From the human T2T-CHM13v2.0 reference genome, Homo sapiens, in assembly GCF_009914755.1 (NCBI RefSeq), contig NC_060931.1: a DNA stretch of 64,000 nucleotides; one strand, 5' to 3'. Below the pieces are notes generated by a model that was given only the letters and a program-made list of their open reading frames with translations, made no database searches and was not told where the DNA came from. Position 1 is the stretch's first letter. Every line of letters starts with the position of its first letter. Shown one piece after another: positions 37,437-51,070 of this stretch. The position numbers and the translations under genes are program-made.

Positions 37437-37799
37437 CAATTATTACACAGTTATTTAAGACAAACAGCAAGAAAACATTGAAGCTTTAAAGAAATGGCAA
37501 TGCCACAGAAAAATTATATTAAGTGTAAATATCTCAAAATACAAAATTTTACTTGCATGTTTATATTAAGTGAAACGATTTCTGTTCAAAAAAGTAAGCA
37601 TCATATAAAAGTCCTGATGATGGCTAGTTATTTGATTTGAGTGGTTTTACATCTACTTTTAAAATGTGTTTACTTTTAAAATTTTATATTATGAACAATT
37701 ATTCATTCTGCCAACCCAATCTGTTACAAAATTTCTTGTGAGAATTCCACAAATTTAACTGCTATAGAGGAATTCAAGTTCACTGAAGACAGAAATTCA
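37437..37799 (+). pseudogene. Degraded RGS-like exon (5' boundary uncertain)
   Basis: One frame of 121 codons with 4 stops: LLHSYLRQTARKH*SF...HHIKVLMMASY...NSTNLTAIEEFKFTEDRNS|gtaaga, AIEEFK at 37761-37778. An L1/Alu insertion lies just upstream. Confidence 0.55.
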
Positions 37800-38248
37800 G
37801 TAAGATGCATTTTTGAAATACAGTGCGTAAAAGAATGTCCCACACTTGAATGAAACTTGATAAATGTTTATGGAATTGAATTAGCTTTACGTTATGTGTG
37901 TTCTCATTGAATTTTATTTTCAATGCAACAATATTTGTTTTACTATACTTTATATTTTAATATGACCATTTTGCTCACAGACCACTATAGTCTAGAATGC
38001 AAGGAGCCTGCTATTTATAGATACTTCATGTCTCCAGCAAAACACATATATTTTATTTATTGTAGGTTCTCAATAAATAGAGTCAATTTTAAAGCACCAT
38101 TTTAAAAATGATTTAAATAATGAAGTGATTTCAAAATTTCCATTGCATTCAAAAATGTACTCCAAAATACTATTTTACTTATATGTTTTAAAATTCATTT
38201 TTAGTCATTTTAACGTGTGGAACAAACATTTTCTCTGACTGGACATAG

Positions 38249-38763
38249 CTCATCTGCTACTATGCAAAAAGACTATTTTAACCTGCAAAACATAATATAA
38301 ACATTTGTTATCACCTATTCTTATAACTGCGTGACTGTATAGTCTAATGACTGCTTCCTTTTACAAAAAACTCTTCCTCACTGTCCTAAGTCAGCAGCAA
38401 ATTAAAAGAAAAGAAAGGTTGGAGGGAATAATTGGTGAGTATGCAATGTTGCTATTGCCCTCTGTAACAACAGAGAAGCTACTTAACTCAAATGTGTCGT
38501 AGTGCTATTAAACTATGGCGCATTCATTATTCTTCACAACAACAAAATCCCCTTGTAATCAGGTCAGAGTTGACAGAATGTGGTTGTATTCTAAACATGA
38601 AGCATTTTTAATGTGGTTGACTTGGCCAGATTTACTATGCATTTCATCACTAGATGTTGTCATGCATATTAATTTTTCTTTTTTTCATATATCAGTTCAC
38701 TCTTTTCTAATTAATTCACATTTAGAGCATCTGACTGATCACAGGAGACAACTTTGTAATTAA
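38249..38763 (+). pseudogene. Degraded RGS-like exon
   Basis: Acceptor ttctctgactggacatag|. ...KHLLSPILITA*LYSLMTASFYKKLFL (RGS 'AQ..VYSLME.DSYPRFL'). There is a strong donor ttg|gtgagt at 38435, but the same frame continues into ORF-track 38515..38763 (FFTTTKSPCNQVRVD ~ 'FI...AP.EVNID'). 4 stops in about 170 codons. Confidence 0.6.
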
Positions 38764-40845
38764 TTCAGCCTGCTCATAGAGGCAAGTATTTTCAATTAAA
38801 AAAAAAAAGAAAGAAAAGAAAAGAAATACTATTGATGATTTTCTCAAGAACTATAATGGACCCAGTACTATCATTTTACCACTACACGAAATTGCCCTCT
38901 TCAAAGACACTAATGACCTCAGTGTTGCTGAATCCAATGTTAGTTCATCAACCAAAATTCTTTTGACTTTTTTGCAGTGTTCTGTATCATATCTCCCTTT
39001 TTGAAAATTCTTTCACCTTGGTTTCAATGTATACTTTCTTGGTATAGTTTCGTCTCACCTTGCTGTGTGTAACTTCCCCAAATATTTTTGGGATTCTTTC
39101 ATTTATTTACCCATTTCTTATTATTTTTCTAATAGTTCTGCTATTAGCCATCTTCCCCTTTAACTCTAGTGGTTAGTCTTGCCCTCTCCCACGGCTTCAT
39201 AACCATTTATACACAAATGATTCTGGAATCTACATTTACAGGCAGAACTGCAAAAAGCATGCATACCAACTAAGGAGAAGGCAAGCCCAACCCTTCAGAG
39301 TGAAAACTCACCATAAACAATAGGCAAGGCTAGGCTATTGAGTACTGAGAAGCAGCCTTGTCTGCAAACCAGATCCTTCTTCTGAGTTCCAACCCTGATC
39401 TTATACCTCTCAAGAATAGAACCTTCAAACTAAGTGTATCAGTGATCTATTGCAGTGTTACAAACCACTCCAAGACTTTGTGGTTTGAAGCAAACACTTA
39501 TGAGTGTGCGGGCAATTATGCAGATTTACACCAGGCTCACCTTATCACAAGTGGACTTCCTCATGTGTCAGCATATGAGCCGGGATGGGGCCTGGCTGGA
39601 CTAGGATAGGCTCACATGAAATAAGTCAAGTTGATCCGCTTTTCTCTCAAATCTCTCTAGCAGGCTAGTCCAGGTTTATTGCGATGGTAGCAGTGGGGAT
39701 CCAAGAAAGGAAGTAGATTGCACAAATACATTGTCAAGCCTCCGCTTTTGCCACTATCCCAAAATGAATCACATCACCAAGCCCAAAGGGATTAATTGAG
39801 GACACTAATGTAATCTCTCGACCCAACTCAACATGTCAATATCACTACTTACTATTTGTTGCTTTACCTCTTCTTCCACTCTGGACTGCCTATGTTATTT
39901 TCCAACTGGATCAACTGCCTACATTTAATAAGTCACAAAATTCTGTTGATTCTACCTCACAGACATTCACTGCTTTCTCAAGTTTCTTCCACATATACTG
40001 CTGCTATGGTGAGTTCCCATCTTTCACCTCAATACTCTAATTGGCCATGTCATCCCCAAACGTGACCCCCGAAATCTATCTTTTACATAGAAACCACTTT
40101 GGTTCAGATATTTCTGAAATATAAATGCTATCAGGAAACAGCATACAAGAAGCAGTTTTTTCTTACCCTTAGCATAAACTTCATATATGACTAATACGAA
40201 CTTTGATGATTGGGTGCTTACATTCCCACCTTTATTTCTAGCTCCTTCTCTTCTCAAATTTTATGATCCAGCTATAATGAATTACATTTAGTTGTTTTGG
40301 ATAAACCACACACTTATTTGCACGTGCTTTTTGGCTAGAACTCACCCTTACATGACTAATAAAGAAAAGAGGGGATTAGCTGTGTTCTGTATACATAGCC
40401 AAGAAGTTAATCCAGGATTTGAAATTTTCTGAATGTAAGCAAGAAATAAAGTAATTTTACCTAGAGTTAACTACTGTAGGTAAATGGTGTTCCACTATCA
40501 ATTGTTGAGTAACAACCAATCCAAACTCAGTGGCATAAAATAATTTTAATTTATTATGCTAACAGAATCCATGGGTCAGATATTTGGACAGAATAAAACA
40601 GAGACGGCTTATTTCTGCTCTGGAACCTCAGCTGAAAGCTTCAAATGCATACAAAGCTCCCAAATCCTAGCTACTCTACCTTACTTGCCATATATATGCT
40701 GCAGCATGTATAAATGTCCCTGTCCGTGCGCCCAACTCCCTTTGTAGCCCTGCATAACAGCTTTCTCTCCTTTGTAGCTATAAATAGCAAAGGGTTCTGC
40801 CTTTCATCTCTCCCAGTATAATTGTGTTGTATTCCACCATCAAAA

Positions 40846-42450
40846 TGATGGCAGTGTGACCCATCTAGAGTGGCTGCTGCCATGACACCCCTTCTGAATT
40901 AGCAGGGTGGGAGCCTCTTGCTCCCCAGCTACAGCTGTGGCTACCCAGTCATGGCTACAGACCGGGGCATCCCTGTGATCTTGGGGGCTGGGAGCAGGCA
41001 GGAGACCTACCCTTCTGGGTGCAGCTATAGCCATCCAGCTGCAGCTGTGGACCTAGGCATCTCTGCACTCTTGGGGGCCCAGGAAGGCCCCCTCCGCATG
41101 CAGGCTCAGAGGTGCCTGCTTCCACTGCCTGGCCTCTCCCCACTCTTGGCACCTGCTCCAATCTTGGAGCAGAATTGGGGCCCAGTCTAGGCACCGTTGC
41201 AACCTGGCCGGGTGTGTGCATACCTGGGGCAGCAGTAACATGCCACCCCTCTGCTTCCCCAGCCCCCTCCAGACTTTGGCCACCAATGAGCATGGAAGGG
41301 AGGTTAAGGGGGGCTGAGGGCAGCTCAGCCCTGACCTGCAGGTGCCCTCGACATGAACAGCCTGGGCACCATGAACACTGGCAAGATGCAGACAGACTCC
41401 TGGACAGAAGGAGTGGGTCCCCAGTAAAGCCCCACTCAGGCCCAGAGAAGGCCTGAAGCCTGCCTAGGGCCAGGCTTCCAGCCCCCATGGACTAAAGTGG
41501 AAACCTATGGTGCTTTTTCTGGGCCTACCCGTAGCCACCCATGGACTAATCAGCATGAGCTTTCTCCCCTCTAAAGCCTATAAAAACCCTGGACTCAGCC
41601 AAACTTGAGGAAGCAATGGGACAACCTGTCTATGGAGAGGAGTCCCCCTCCACAGGGTCCCCTCTCTGCTGAGAGCTGAGATGATGGATTGAACAGCTGC
41701 AAAGAGGACCAACTCACCCCAGGGTCTCTTCTATGCTGAGAGCTGAACACCCATCAGGACACCCTGGCCACGGAGAGGAGCTGCCATCTGCAGGTCTCCT
41801 CTGAGCTGTTCTATTGCTCAGTAAAGCTCCCCTTCACCTTGCTCACCCTCCACTTGTCCACTCACCTCATTCTTCCTGGACACAGGAAAATAACTCGGGA
41901 CCCGCCGAATGGCAAGGCTGAAACAGCCATAATACAAACAAGGCTGAAATATGCCCCATGCTCGCCATGTTGTGGGTGACAAGAAGGAGAGAAGAGAGAA
42001 GGAGGGAAGAGCTGTGGCCCTCTGGGGAGCCCAGACCTAGGAGCTCCACAAGCTAGGGCTGTGATACCCTCTTTGGGGCTCTGTGGTTCCTGGCATCTCC
42101 AAGCTTCCAGGTGCCACCTCATTACCCAATGCCAGCCATGGAAGCTGCTTGTGGTACGCCTGGTGCAGCCAAAGACTCACAGGGTGCTGGCGTCCCTGCT
42201 GGCACTTGGAGCTGCCTGCCCTACGACAGCCAGTGTTCCTGGCTGTACACAGTGGTTGGACCCCACACTCACTCACTAACACACACGCTTCACTGCTCTG
42301 CTCTCCCTTGGAGGCATGGGATCCAGGCTGGTAGCACAAGCTGTGCACAGCCTGTTCAGGCTGAGTGAGCCTGAGAAAAACTCGGCAATGGTGCCACTGG
42401 CCACAGAGGTTTTCCAACCCGAAAAGCAACACCTCAAATATCCTGTAATG
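40846..42450 (+). mobile_element. MER52-type ERV1 solo LTR (GC-rich)
   Basis: Starts tgatggcagtg..cccatctagagtggctgctgccatgac, ends atcctgtaa, with AAAA flanks. Source of the many ORF-track hits at 40.8-42.5 kb. Confidence 0.8.
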
Positions 42451-42605
42451 AAAAGCATCTTTAAATCATACAAAATACCAAGTCTTTCCTCATTTTCAAC
42501 ACAGTAAATATTAAATACACACACAAACACATATACACATATGCAAATATATACTATACTTAATTATATGTTAGCTTTCTCATATATGTTTACATATATG
42601 TGTTT

Positions 42606-42643
<38 letters not shown>

Positions 42644-42706
42644 AAACATATAAGTATATAAGCACAGTTTTAAAATATGACTATCCCTCAATCAGTAGAA
42701 TGGGCT

Positions 42707-43256
42707 TGACAGAGCAGAAGCACCATCATCTTGGACAAATACCACCACTTAAGGTTCCAGCTCCCTTTCTAATCTCATGCATTTCAAGGAAATCACTTCT
42801 CTTCTAACAAACAGCCAGAAAAAAACAGACAATAAAACAGTTAAGATAGTTCCAGCACAGAGGGAGGGGGGAAAGTCTCTTGGGTAACCATCAAACTTCA
42901 CACTCATACAATGGGCCCCAGTAAAACAGCGGGCCCTAATAAGCACATTCCTTTCCCTTCAGGTGCAGTAAGATAGCGAAGCTAAAAGGAGACTTGGGGT
43001 ATATGCCTGCAGCTGCAGGAAAATGTATGGAAAGAGACACAAAACTCTCCCTCCCAGATAAGTAAGACAAAGAGACACAAACATTCTGATCCTGTGATAA
43101 GCCCCCTGCCCTGAACCCTTAAAAACTCTTAGTCTGTAAGACAGAGTACCTCTGACCTAACTCGGCCAGAAGCCCCTCTGAGGTTTATTCTCCAAAACAA
43201 ACCTGTCTTTGACTGTTGAACCACTTTTTGTGTTTCTTTCCTCTTTCTTTCTTTAA
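42707..43256 (+). mobile_element. MER41-group ERV1 solo LTR
   Basis: tgacagagcagaagcaccatcatcttggacaaa...aaacctgtctttgactgttg; subfamily assigned from memory. Confidence 0.65.
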
Positions 43257-43789
43257 GAATTCAAGAGAGTTCCTGAAAACCTATTTATTAAAGTTTGAGT
43301 AAAGAATTAGCATATTAATGCTTCAATTCAGCCATAAATAATAAAACTCGAGTGATAGTAGAATAAAATAATGAAAGTATGAACCCATTCCTGTTTATAT
43401 TTTTACTTGAAAGTGGGAAATACAGACATAACAGTTTACTACATATTTTGAGATTATTAGAAAATACTTAAGTGACAATATTTTATTATTTTTTCAAAAC
43501 TTAACTTTAAATATTGAAATCTATGTTTTGCCAGAATTTTTTTTAAAGAATACTTTTTGTTTCTAGAAACCTCAATTCATGTAAGTTGTAACTTTGCTGA
43601 GCCTATGTTTTATCACTTCTAGATAAGACTTAAATAAAAGATGACCTATAGGACCTCTGAAGTACCACTGAGCTATGAACTATTTTATTACATTTGATCA
43701 AAACTGGATGTATCATCTCATAACTAACCCACATGCTCTTCCACTGTTGGTATATGAAAATCTAGACCACACACATGAGCTTATTCTAG

Positions 43790-44480
43790 GCTAGTAATTT
43801 CCAAATTATGCTTTCTAAGGCTCTAGTGGTTCTTTCAGGAGGCCCACAGGCCTACTGGGGGAATGAATGTGTAGCACCTGAGGCTTGTCTATCAGTTATT
43901 TGTTGCTACAATAACATTGCATAAAAACCAGCCATAAAACTCAGTGGCATAAAATATTGTTTATTGCACATGTGTCTGGAGTCAGTTATAGTCAGTTAGG
44001 TAGATCTATTCATTAGGGCTGTGCCAGTTCATGTGTGTCCAGAATTACTGGTTGTTGACTGATCTGAGCTGGCCTTGTCTCTACTTTTTTGTATATTCCT
44101 CATCCTCCTCTAGTATTTAGCAAGCTACTTCAGATATATCCTGCTGTGATGACGTAAGTGTAGGCAGAACACCAAGCTTCACTGCATAAGCCCATTTCAA
44201 TCATCTGCTATCATCCAGTTGGTCAATACAAATCATATGACTGACTGACATACAAAAGGTTGCTGCAGGTCACACCATCTAAGGTGGGAGGACATTGCAA
44301 AGTTCTATGACAACAAGTGCTGATAAATGGAGAAGAAAAATTAGAAGATCATCATTTCAACATCTCTATAGTGCCTTAATCCAAAGTACTTTTACTTTTA
44401 TCTATTTCATATATTGGACTACATGGCAAAATGGCAATTGAAAGAGTAAGACATTCTCTTATTAAAAAAAATGAAAATAT
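43790..44480. mobile_element. hAT/Charlie-type MER split by an MLT1 LTR (~43885-44370)
   Basis: MLT1 start tgtctatcagttatttgttgctacaataac; MER-like ends on both sides. Confidence 0.45.
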
Positions 44481-44555
44481 TGTACACAATTGTGCCAAAT
44501 TCCTCAGACTCTCCCCACCTAACCTGAACCTGCTTGTGCTGATTTCACTTTACAG

Positions 44556-45110
44556 GTAATAATTTTGATAGCAAACTACATCTACCACATGGAGAGCTGG
44601 CACTTTGCCTGACGCCTATCCTATAATTTTGTAACTCTACACTTGCAAAAATGTCTGTTTGTTCTATTTTTTTCTTACTCATCTGCCTTCTTTAGGCTTT
44701 CAATGCCTGTACTATGATAGACTCCTCAAACCTAAATCCAAAAGGAAAACACCATTTTTTTGTATTTCTAAATCAATGCTGGGCTGGCCTCAATTCTCTC
44801 ACAGTGGAATGAGCAGAAGAGATTAGGATGTTATGTTTCTTTAATTCTTTTCTTGTGTGTGAACTGGTCCCCATTTGTGCTATTTACTGCTTTGCCTTTA
44901 AACCGCTTGGGTCTATCAGTTGCTTCCATATGCTATAGGGTTTCAGTGGTACAACACATATTGCAACAACGAGGAACAAAGTGCTATTCTACTTGAGAAA
45001 CCGAATTTGTATAGCCCACCACAGTGCCAATTACCATTTCTACTTCTTTCTAATTTCTTTGACCCGTCATTGATTCACATGTGCATTCAATAATAATTGA
45101 TTGAACTACA
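44556..45110 (+). pseudogene. Degraded RGS-like exon
   Basis: Acceptors ttcactttacag|44556 or ctgccttctttag|44696, donor aca|gtaagt at 45111. Single frame with SNLNPKGKHHFFVFLNQCWAGLN (LNPKGKHHFFVFL 44732-44770 ~ RGS 'LL.HP.G...F..FL'). Only 2 stops in about 125 codons after 44696. Confidence 0.65.
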
Positions 45111-45376
45111 GTAAGTAGTTCTACCTTGATGAGAATTTCAGTGCCCCACAAGAATGACATAGAAAACAACTGCAATTATATTGATTACCTACCATGTGCT
45201 GTTTTTCAATATCATTTCTCTATTCTTAAAATACTGTAAAACATGATTATTATTTTTCCTTTTTGACAGATGATAAAATGGTGATTTTGGGGGATGAAAT
45301 AACTGGGGCAATTTTATAGAAGTAGTAAATTTTGGAGATGAGAAACAAACATAATTTTGTTTTATTTCTTCCTTAG

Positions 45377-45728
45377 GCTTATGATTCAGATTTACAATAG
45401 AGTTGTCAAAAATTATCAGTTTCTTCCTGTGTGGCCAAGGGCAAGTACACAAATATAGTCAAGTATATACATTTGATCCAAAAAACTGTGTACGTTGGTT
45501 TCTGGTGGTGTGCCAAGTGTAGTCGGAGATGCTGGAGAGCAACACATGATAGAAGAATGGCCCTGCCACCCACAGCTTACAGACAACCTAAAAAACCTGT
45601 TGACATACACTTGCTCCAAGCTGGACCACCTACGAATATTCTGCTCATCCACAAACAGAGAAAATATTCACGAAAACTATAAAAATGTTACTGTTGCTGA
45701 GATGGCCAAAAGAAAGCTACTAGAAAAA
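45377..45728 (+). pseudogene. Degraded RGS-like exon
   Basis: Strong acceptor ttttatttcttccttag|, donor aaa|gtaaga. 117 codons with 2 stops: ...EEWPCHPQLTDNLKNLLTYTCSKLDHLRIFCSSTNRENIH... (RGS 'W..SL..LL....L..FR.F..S...ENI'). Includes ORF-track 45495..45737. Confidence 0.7.
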
Positions 45729-46400
45729 GTAAGATAAAAATCCAATGTAACACCATACCCATGATGAAGAAGGATACCTACAATTGTTTTCTAATTTTCA
45801 GTGTTTTAAACTCTGCTTATTGCTCTAGTTTAAGAGTATTGTTTTTTCTTACTTAAACTTTACAAAGTGCCCCACGAAAGTCTTACTCTTTTCCCTAAAG
45901 GACTGAAATCTTAAACCTGGAGACACGATTCAAAAAGGCTGAAAACTATTGTTGTAGCAAGTCTTCAGGGATTCTCTGTTTTGCTGAAGCATAAACATTA
46001 AATATAATTTTTGCCCCATCACTACAAATGTTAACAATTTTTCTATAACTAGCATTTGATTTTCTCAATCTAGTATAAATTTGTATTATTTTTACATAAA
46101 TGATATATAAATCAGTATATAAGAAGAGGATTGGCTAGTATTCTCAAAATAAAAAAAAAAGAAAAAGAATGTGGGTGCTCTGATCTTTTGATAAACTATT
46201 TAAAATATTTCAAATGGCATTCAATTGAAGAGTTATCCATTATGTCACAACACATTACATGAAATGATTATCACAAAATTAAAAAAATAGAAAGCCAGAC
46301 AAACACGCATAAAAACAAAGAAATCTGTGGGAAAAATCAATTTAAATCTTTGTGAGAAATATGGGGGAGGGGAGTCACACAAAAAGGAGGGAAAAAAACC

Positions 46401-46832
46401 ATGCTGCTTTTCATTGACTTTAAACAGCTGCCATTGAGCGATTACAGTGTAGGCAGCCTTGAGCTGCAGATGAAAATTTCCACGTGTAAATTGGGTGGTT
46501 GCAAATTCTTTCAGTACTGCTACTGTTATTTTGTAACCTCAAACTCACATAGTCTAATTGTTTGCAGTACGATGTTAGGCAAATGATTGAGTTTTATTGG
46601 CGATAAAGTTCAGAAACAAAGAGGTCAAGGACTTACTGAGTTACTTAACAAAAAACAAGGAGAGCTCCAGAGAACCCCCCTCTTTAAATTGCACTTGAAG
46701 GTACTTCAAAGAAACATAAAAGGGGGAAAAAAGGGAACAAAAACATCGAGAGTAGAAGAGGAAGGCCTGCATCCACATGCCAATTATGTTCCACTTAAAA
46801 TAACTATGCCTACTAATATCCTGAAAATGTAG
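46401..46832 (+). other. Possible pseudo-exon and/or conserved regulatory element
   Basis: Two consecutive same-frame ORFs (143 codons, one internal stop; LLFIDFKQLPLSDY, LTELLNKKQG) without clear splice sites. Also carries CACGTG, TGATTGA, TTTTATTGG, GATAA and AGGTCA motifs. Confidence 0.35.
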
Positions 46833-47465
46833 CAAATTGTATTTGCTATTAAACACCTAATTTGGCTTAATATTATCCTCAGAAATGTAAAACACTTTCT
46901 TTCAAAGACAATGGTTTGTAAACTTTATACAATAATTGAAATCAACTCAAGAAGCTTTAAGGAAAACAGGCTTTATCCCCACTTTCATTCATTATTTCTT
47001 CCATTTGTTCATTCAGTAAACTGCAATTATTTGGGAGGAAACTTAGTAGGCACTCATAGTTTTTGAACCATTAAATTAATGAAAGGTAAATGCTTCAAAG
47101 AGACATCTCTAGGGAGTCATTTCCTAGACTTCACTGCAGCCACAATAAAATTTGAAACAGGAGACTAAAAATTATTCTCTTAAGCAAATCCAATATATAA
47201 AAATCCAAATGTTAGTAAGAATAAATAAATGGTGATTATTTGTGCTAGAAAGGAATTCTTCATTACACAAATGGTTTCCCATAGAAATCACTGTAATGGT
47301 GAACTGCTTGTCTATCTTAAATAATAAGAATTTATATAAATGAAAAAAAATTATTTTTTTCTTTGTGGGATAATTTCCCTAATCCCTTTCCCCAGAAGAC
47401 TCATTTTGCTACGTTAATACTTAAATGGGACTGGACAACAAAATTTACCCACTCTTACCAGACTA

Positions 47466-48170
47466 TTACTAATATCAGCAGCAAATCCACACGAGTCTAC
47501 TACATCAACTCAATCCTTGCCTCTTTAGAAGAAAGAATTTGACTGAGGAGCATGGGGCAGATGTAGAGACCTAAGCAAGTTTTAGAACAGGGGTGAACGT
47601 TTGCTAAAAAGTTTTAGAGCAGGAACAAAACGAAGAAAGTACACTTGGAAGAGGGCCAAACAGCCGACTTGAAAGATCCAAATGCCTCTCCCAACCCTGG
47701 ACTTAGGGTTTTTCATACCTTGGCATGACTCTGGGGTTTGCATTTCTTCTCTCCTGATTCTTCCCGTGGGTCCACATGTGCAGTGGCCTGCCAGCACTTG
47801 GGAGAGGCCGCACGTCCAGCGTGTTTGCTGGAGTTGTGCACATGCTCATTTGAGGCATTTTTCTCTTAAGCAGTCGAGCGTTCCAGAGGAAAGTCGGAAA
47901 CCAGTTTAACTGCCATTTTGCCTCTCTTAGTGCGCATGCTTAAACTCACCCGCCCAACTCCTGAGATCTTATTGGGAAACTGCTCGTTACCAGCTTCAGG
48001 TGTTTTCTATCTACTGGGAGACTGACTTTTCCTGGTACTGGCTGCAACTAATTATTATCTTAGAGAGACAGTTTAACAACTGCCTGACCATCACCTGATG
48101 GTTGCCTGATATTCTTGGAGTGAAGCCCTCTCCTGCTCTGATCATATCAACCTAGCTACATACTCTAACA
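47466..48170 (-). mobile_element. MER50-type ERV1 solo LTR
   Basis: gaagaaagaatttgactgagg...agttttagagcagga...ctactctaaca pattern. Confidence 0.7.
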
Positions 48171-48416
48171 AGACTATTTTAATAACTGCTTTTAAAAGAT
48201 TCATCTTCTGAAGTCTTTGCTCTGCCGCCTGAGATAGGTATGAACAAAAGCAGAGCCAGATTACTTAACACAATATGAGGGATTAGAGAGGCTTTGGGAG
48301 AGAATAATATAGAGGATGAAAGAGAATGAAGAGTGGAAAATAATTGTTGAAATAGGAACCAAATGCCTACAATGGGGATTTAATGCAATGATTGTGCAGT
48401 GTGTCATTACTTCTAG

Positions 48417-48605
48417 GTCTTCTTTTGCGGATGCTGGAAACTAAACCCTGAGCCTGCCCCTCAATGTGGATACAGAAGAAAGTAGACTATTCACAGGGAG
48501 ATTCAATGTAAAATGCGTACATTAGCCGTAATTAATGCTCTGATCAATTCATGAAATATTATTAAACACTAATGGCAGACATAGAGAGGTTTTACAATTA
48601 CATAG
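48417..48605 (+). pseudogene. Degraded RGS-like exon (phase 1-1)
   Basis: Acceptor cattacttctag|, donor atag|gtaaat, 189 nt. ...IQKKVDYSQGDSM*...DQFMKYY*TLMADIERFYNYI. Confidence 0.45.
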
Positions 48606-48656
48606 GTAAATATAATAGAGCCCCTCCCTACCTTTGTATGAATAACAGGCATGAAT

Positions 48657-51070
48657 ATAACAGAGGGAGTTTAGGATACATGACCTCAAAATATTTTAAG
48701 CTGAAGGAATTTGTGCAAAGGAGGAGATGTCTCTCTAACCTTCCCACTGCCCTTCCTTCCTGAAGCAGTTCATAAAAGCTGGGAAGGGTTTTCTAGCGTT
48801 CTCTTAAAATAGGTTATAAAAGCTTCATGTGAGAGGTGCTCTCCCTATATCCAGAGAAATGAGCATTTTTGTCTTTGAAGACTCAAGGGCATAGAGAAGC
48901 ATCTGAGTCAGCAGACTCTGATATGTTTCCCTCAGTTTACTCCCACTAGATCATATTCCATTTTATCATATTTCTCCATGACTCTGCATTTTACATCAAA
49001 CATAGCATAAAAATATGCAGGTTTGACTGTTTCTTTTGGTCTTTCCTTACAAAGGCTCCAATGTCACTTAAAACTTATAATAAATACAATCATCCCTCAA
49101 TATCCATGGGAGATTGGTTCCAGAACACCTAAGAATACCAAAACTTAAGGGTGCTCAAATCCCTGTTATAAAATGGCACATAATCTATGTACATCCTCTC
49201 ATACACCTTAAATAATCTCTAGATTACTTATAGTTTCTAATACAATATAAATGCTATACAAATAGTTGTTATACTGTATTGTTTTTATATACATTATTTT
49301 TATTGTTGCATTGCTTTTTATGCATTTTGAATATTTTTGATTCATGGTTGATTCAATCTGTGGGTATGAAACCCACAGATATGGAGGGTAGACTGTAAAT
49401 CTGCTTGCTTTTCTCTTGTTAACCTGTCTTTTGTTGTAGAAGCCTCAGTCATGAACCTAAAATCTTTTACCTGGGTAAAAGAAAAGCAATTGTCCTCCTT
49501 TATATCATCATAAACTGACCTGGTTTTGAAGATAGACAAATATACAAGGTTATGGAAAGACAGAAAAAAAGCAACTCAGACTTACTGAGGAGATCAGGAA
49601 AATATCATAGAAGGCTGCAGGGGAGGAACAAATTCCTCTATGCTTTTATTAATGGCTGGAGGATCAGTGTATTAAACTAACAAGCAGATAAACAAAAGAA
49701 AAGGCTTACATATTTAATTTTTAATTTTACATGCACTATGGCATCATTAAAAAAAAGTGAATACCAAAATGAGAAGCAAGATTTGGAAACTTGTATGCTA
49801 CCTTAATAGCGGAAAGGGTAGGGGATAAAAGCCACTTATGGGAGAGAAAAATAAATTTTAGGAAATACAAATGGGCCCTTATGAGAATAAATGGGAGACA
49901 GAGTTTGTGGCAATGACTGGCTGGGTTTGGTGCAAACTTCTCATCTCTTTTCCTATGACAAGAGTCAATTTTCCCTGGTCAATGAAACTTCCAGGGAGGG
50001 AATTTGGACAGTTTAAATTTTTTTTTTTTGGAGGATATATTTTCAGGCAGATAAGGGGAGTTCGCAGAAAGCCTCTTCCTGCGTTTGTTGATTCTCAAAT
50101 GTCTTCAGCTCAAGATAATCCTTACGGCACTGTGGCATATTCTGTACCCTTTCAAGGTCAGATTAAGTTCACTTGTAGTAAGAGAACTGTAGACCAGATG
50201 AGTTAAAGAAACAAAGATAGAGAAATGGATATGGTGCATGTAGAAGGATTCCAAAAAATGAGAAAGACATAAGAATGAATGTGTGAAAGCCTTCACAAAG
50301 TTAAATTTCATAGAGTGATTATGCAAGCTTTGAGCACATAACACAAGCATCAAACTGTCAGAAGATGAGAAAAAGTCAAATAAGAATAGATTACTAAAGG
50401 CTTTGTGCAGCGTGCTTCACAGTCTGGACTTCAATTCTTCATAAACAGACATAATAATGAAACAAAATGAGTTGTGGATCATGGGCTAAACCTATGACCA
50501 CAAACAGGAGAGAGAATCTTGAGCAATGCCCTCCTGCCAATGCATGTAGAAGAAGGAAGTATCTTGATGAGGTTCAGGACACACTGTTCCAAAAGATGGC
50601 ACCTTGACATACTGAATAGGTGAAGGAATTTGAGGAAATCACAGAAGCAGGAAGGTGATTCAGATCTTTTCTTGTTCACCTTCCCTGCAGCCGGTCATAA
50701 AAAGTAGGGAGGATTTTCTGAGCTTCTCTTGAAACAGTTTATGAGACCCTCGTTTGAGAGGTGACCTCTCTATAACTGGATAAATGGGTATAGGCAGAAA
50801 TACCCATTTTTGTCCTGTTACATTTTTCTGAGAGTCTCTGAGATTCTTCATCAAATTTAGCAAAAGAAAAAGAAATTCATCAAATTTAGCAAAAGAAATA
50901 CTCAGATTTCACTGTTTCTTCAGGACTTTATTTCCTTACATAGGCTCTCATGCATGTAAAACATATTCAATAAATCTGTATGCTTTTCTTTTGTTAACTT
51001 GTGTTTTCTTATAGGGGCCTCACTCATGAACCTAACATGGGGAGAGGAAATTATATATTTCCTCCCTGCA
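48657..51070. mobile_element. Cluster of three MER34/MER39-like ERV1 LTRs (48657-49500 +, 49615-50155 -, 50565-51070 +)
   Basis: Shared termini (tgcttttctcttgttaacctgtctttt...catgaacctaa); family names approximate. Confidence 0.55.
49087..49395. mobile_element. MER2 (Tigger/TcMar) DNA transposon nested in an LTR
   Basis: TIRs caatcatccctcaatatccatggg / cagatatggagggtagactg with TA flanks. Confidence 0.85.

Noticed and set aside
40840-42530. Many overlapping 60-177 aa ORFs
   Set aside because: Artefact of the GC-rich MER52 LTR.
44400-44555. 50-codon open frame ending KFLRLSPPNLNL
   Set aside because: Largely overlaps a DNA-transposon-like end, so probably a chance match.
45189-45680. Minus-strand ORFs and exon reading (DEQNIRRWSS...LALGHTG) with superficial vitellogenin/MTP resemblance; likewise minus-strand readings at 58.8-59.1 kb and 60.3-60.45 kb
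   Set aside because: The plus strand has stronger splice sites, phase continuity and recurring RGS motifs. Antisense open frames are a common shadow of coding sequence.
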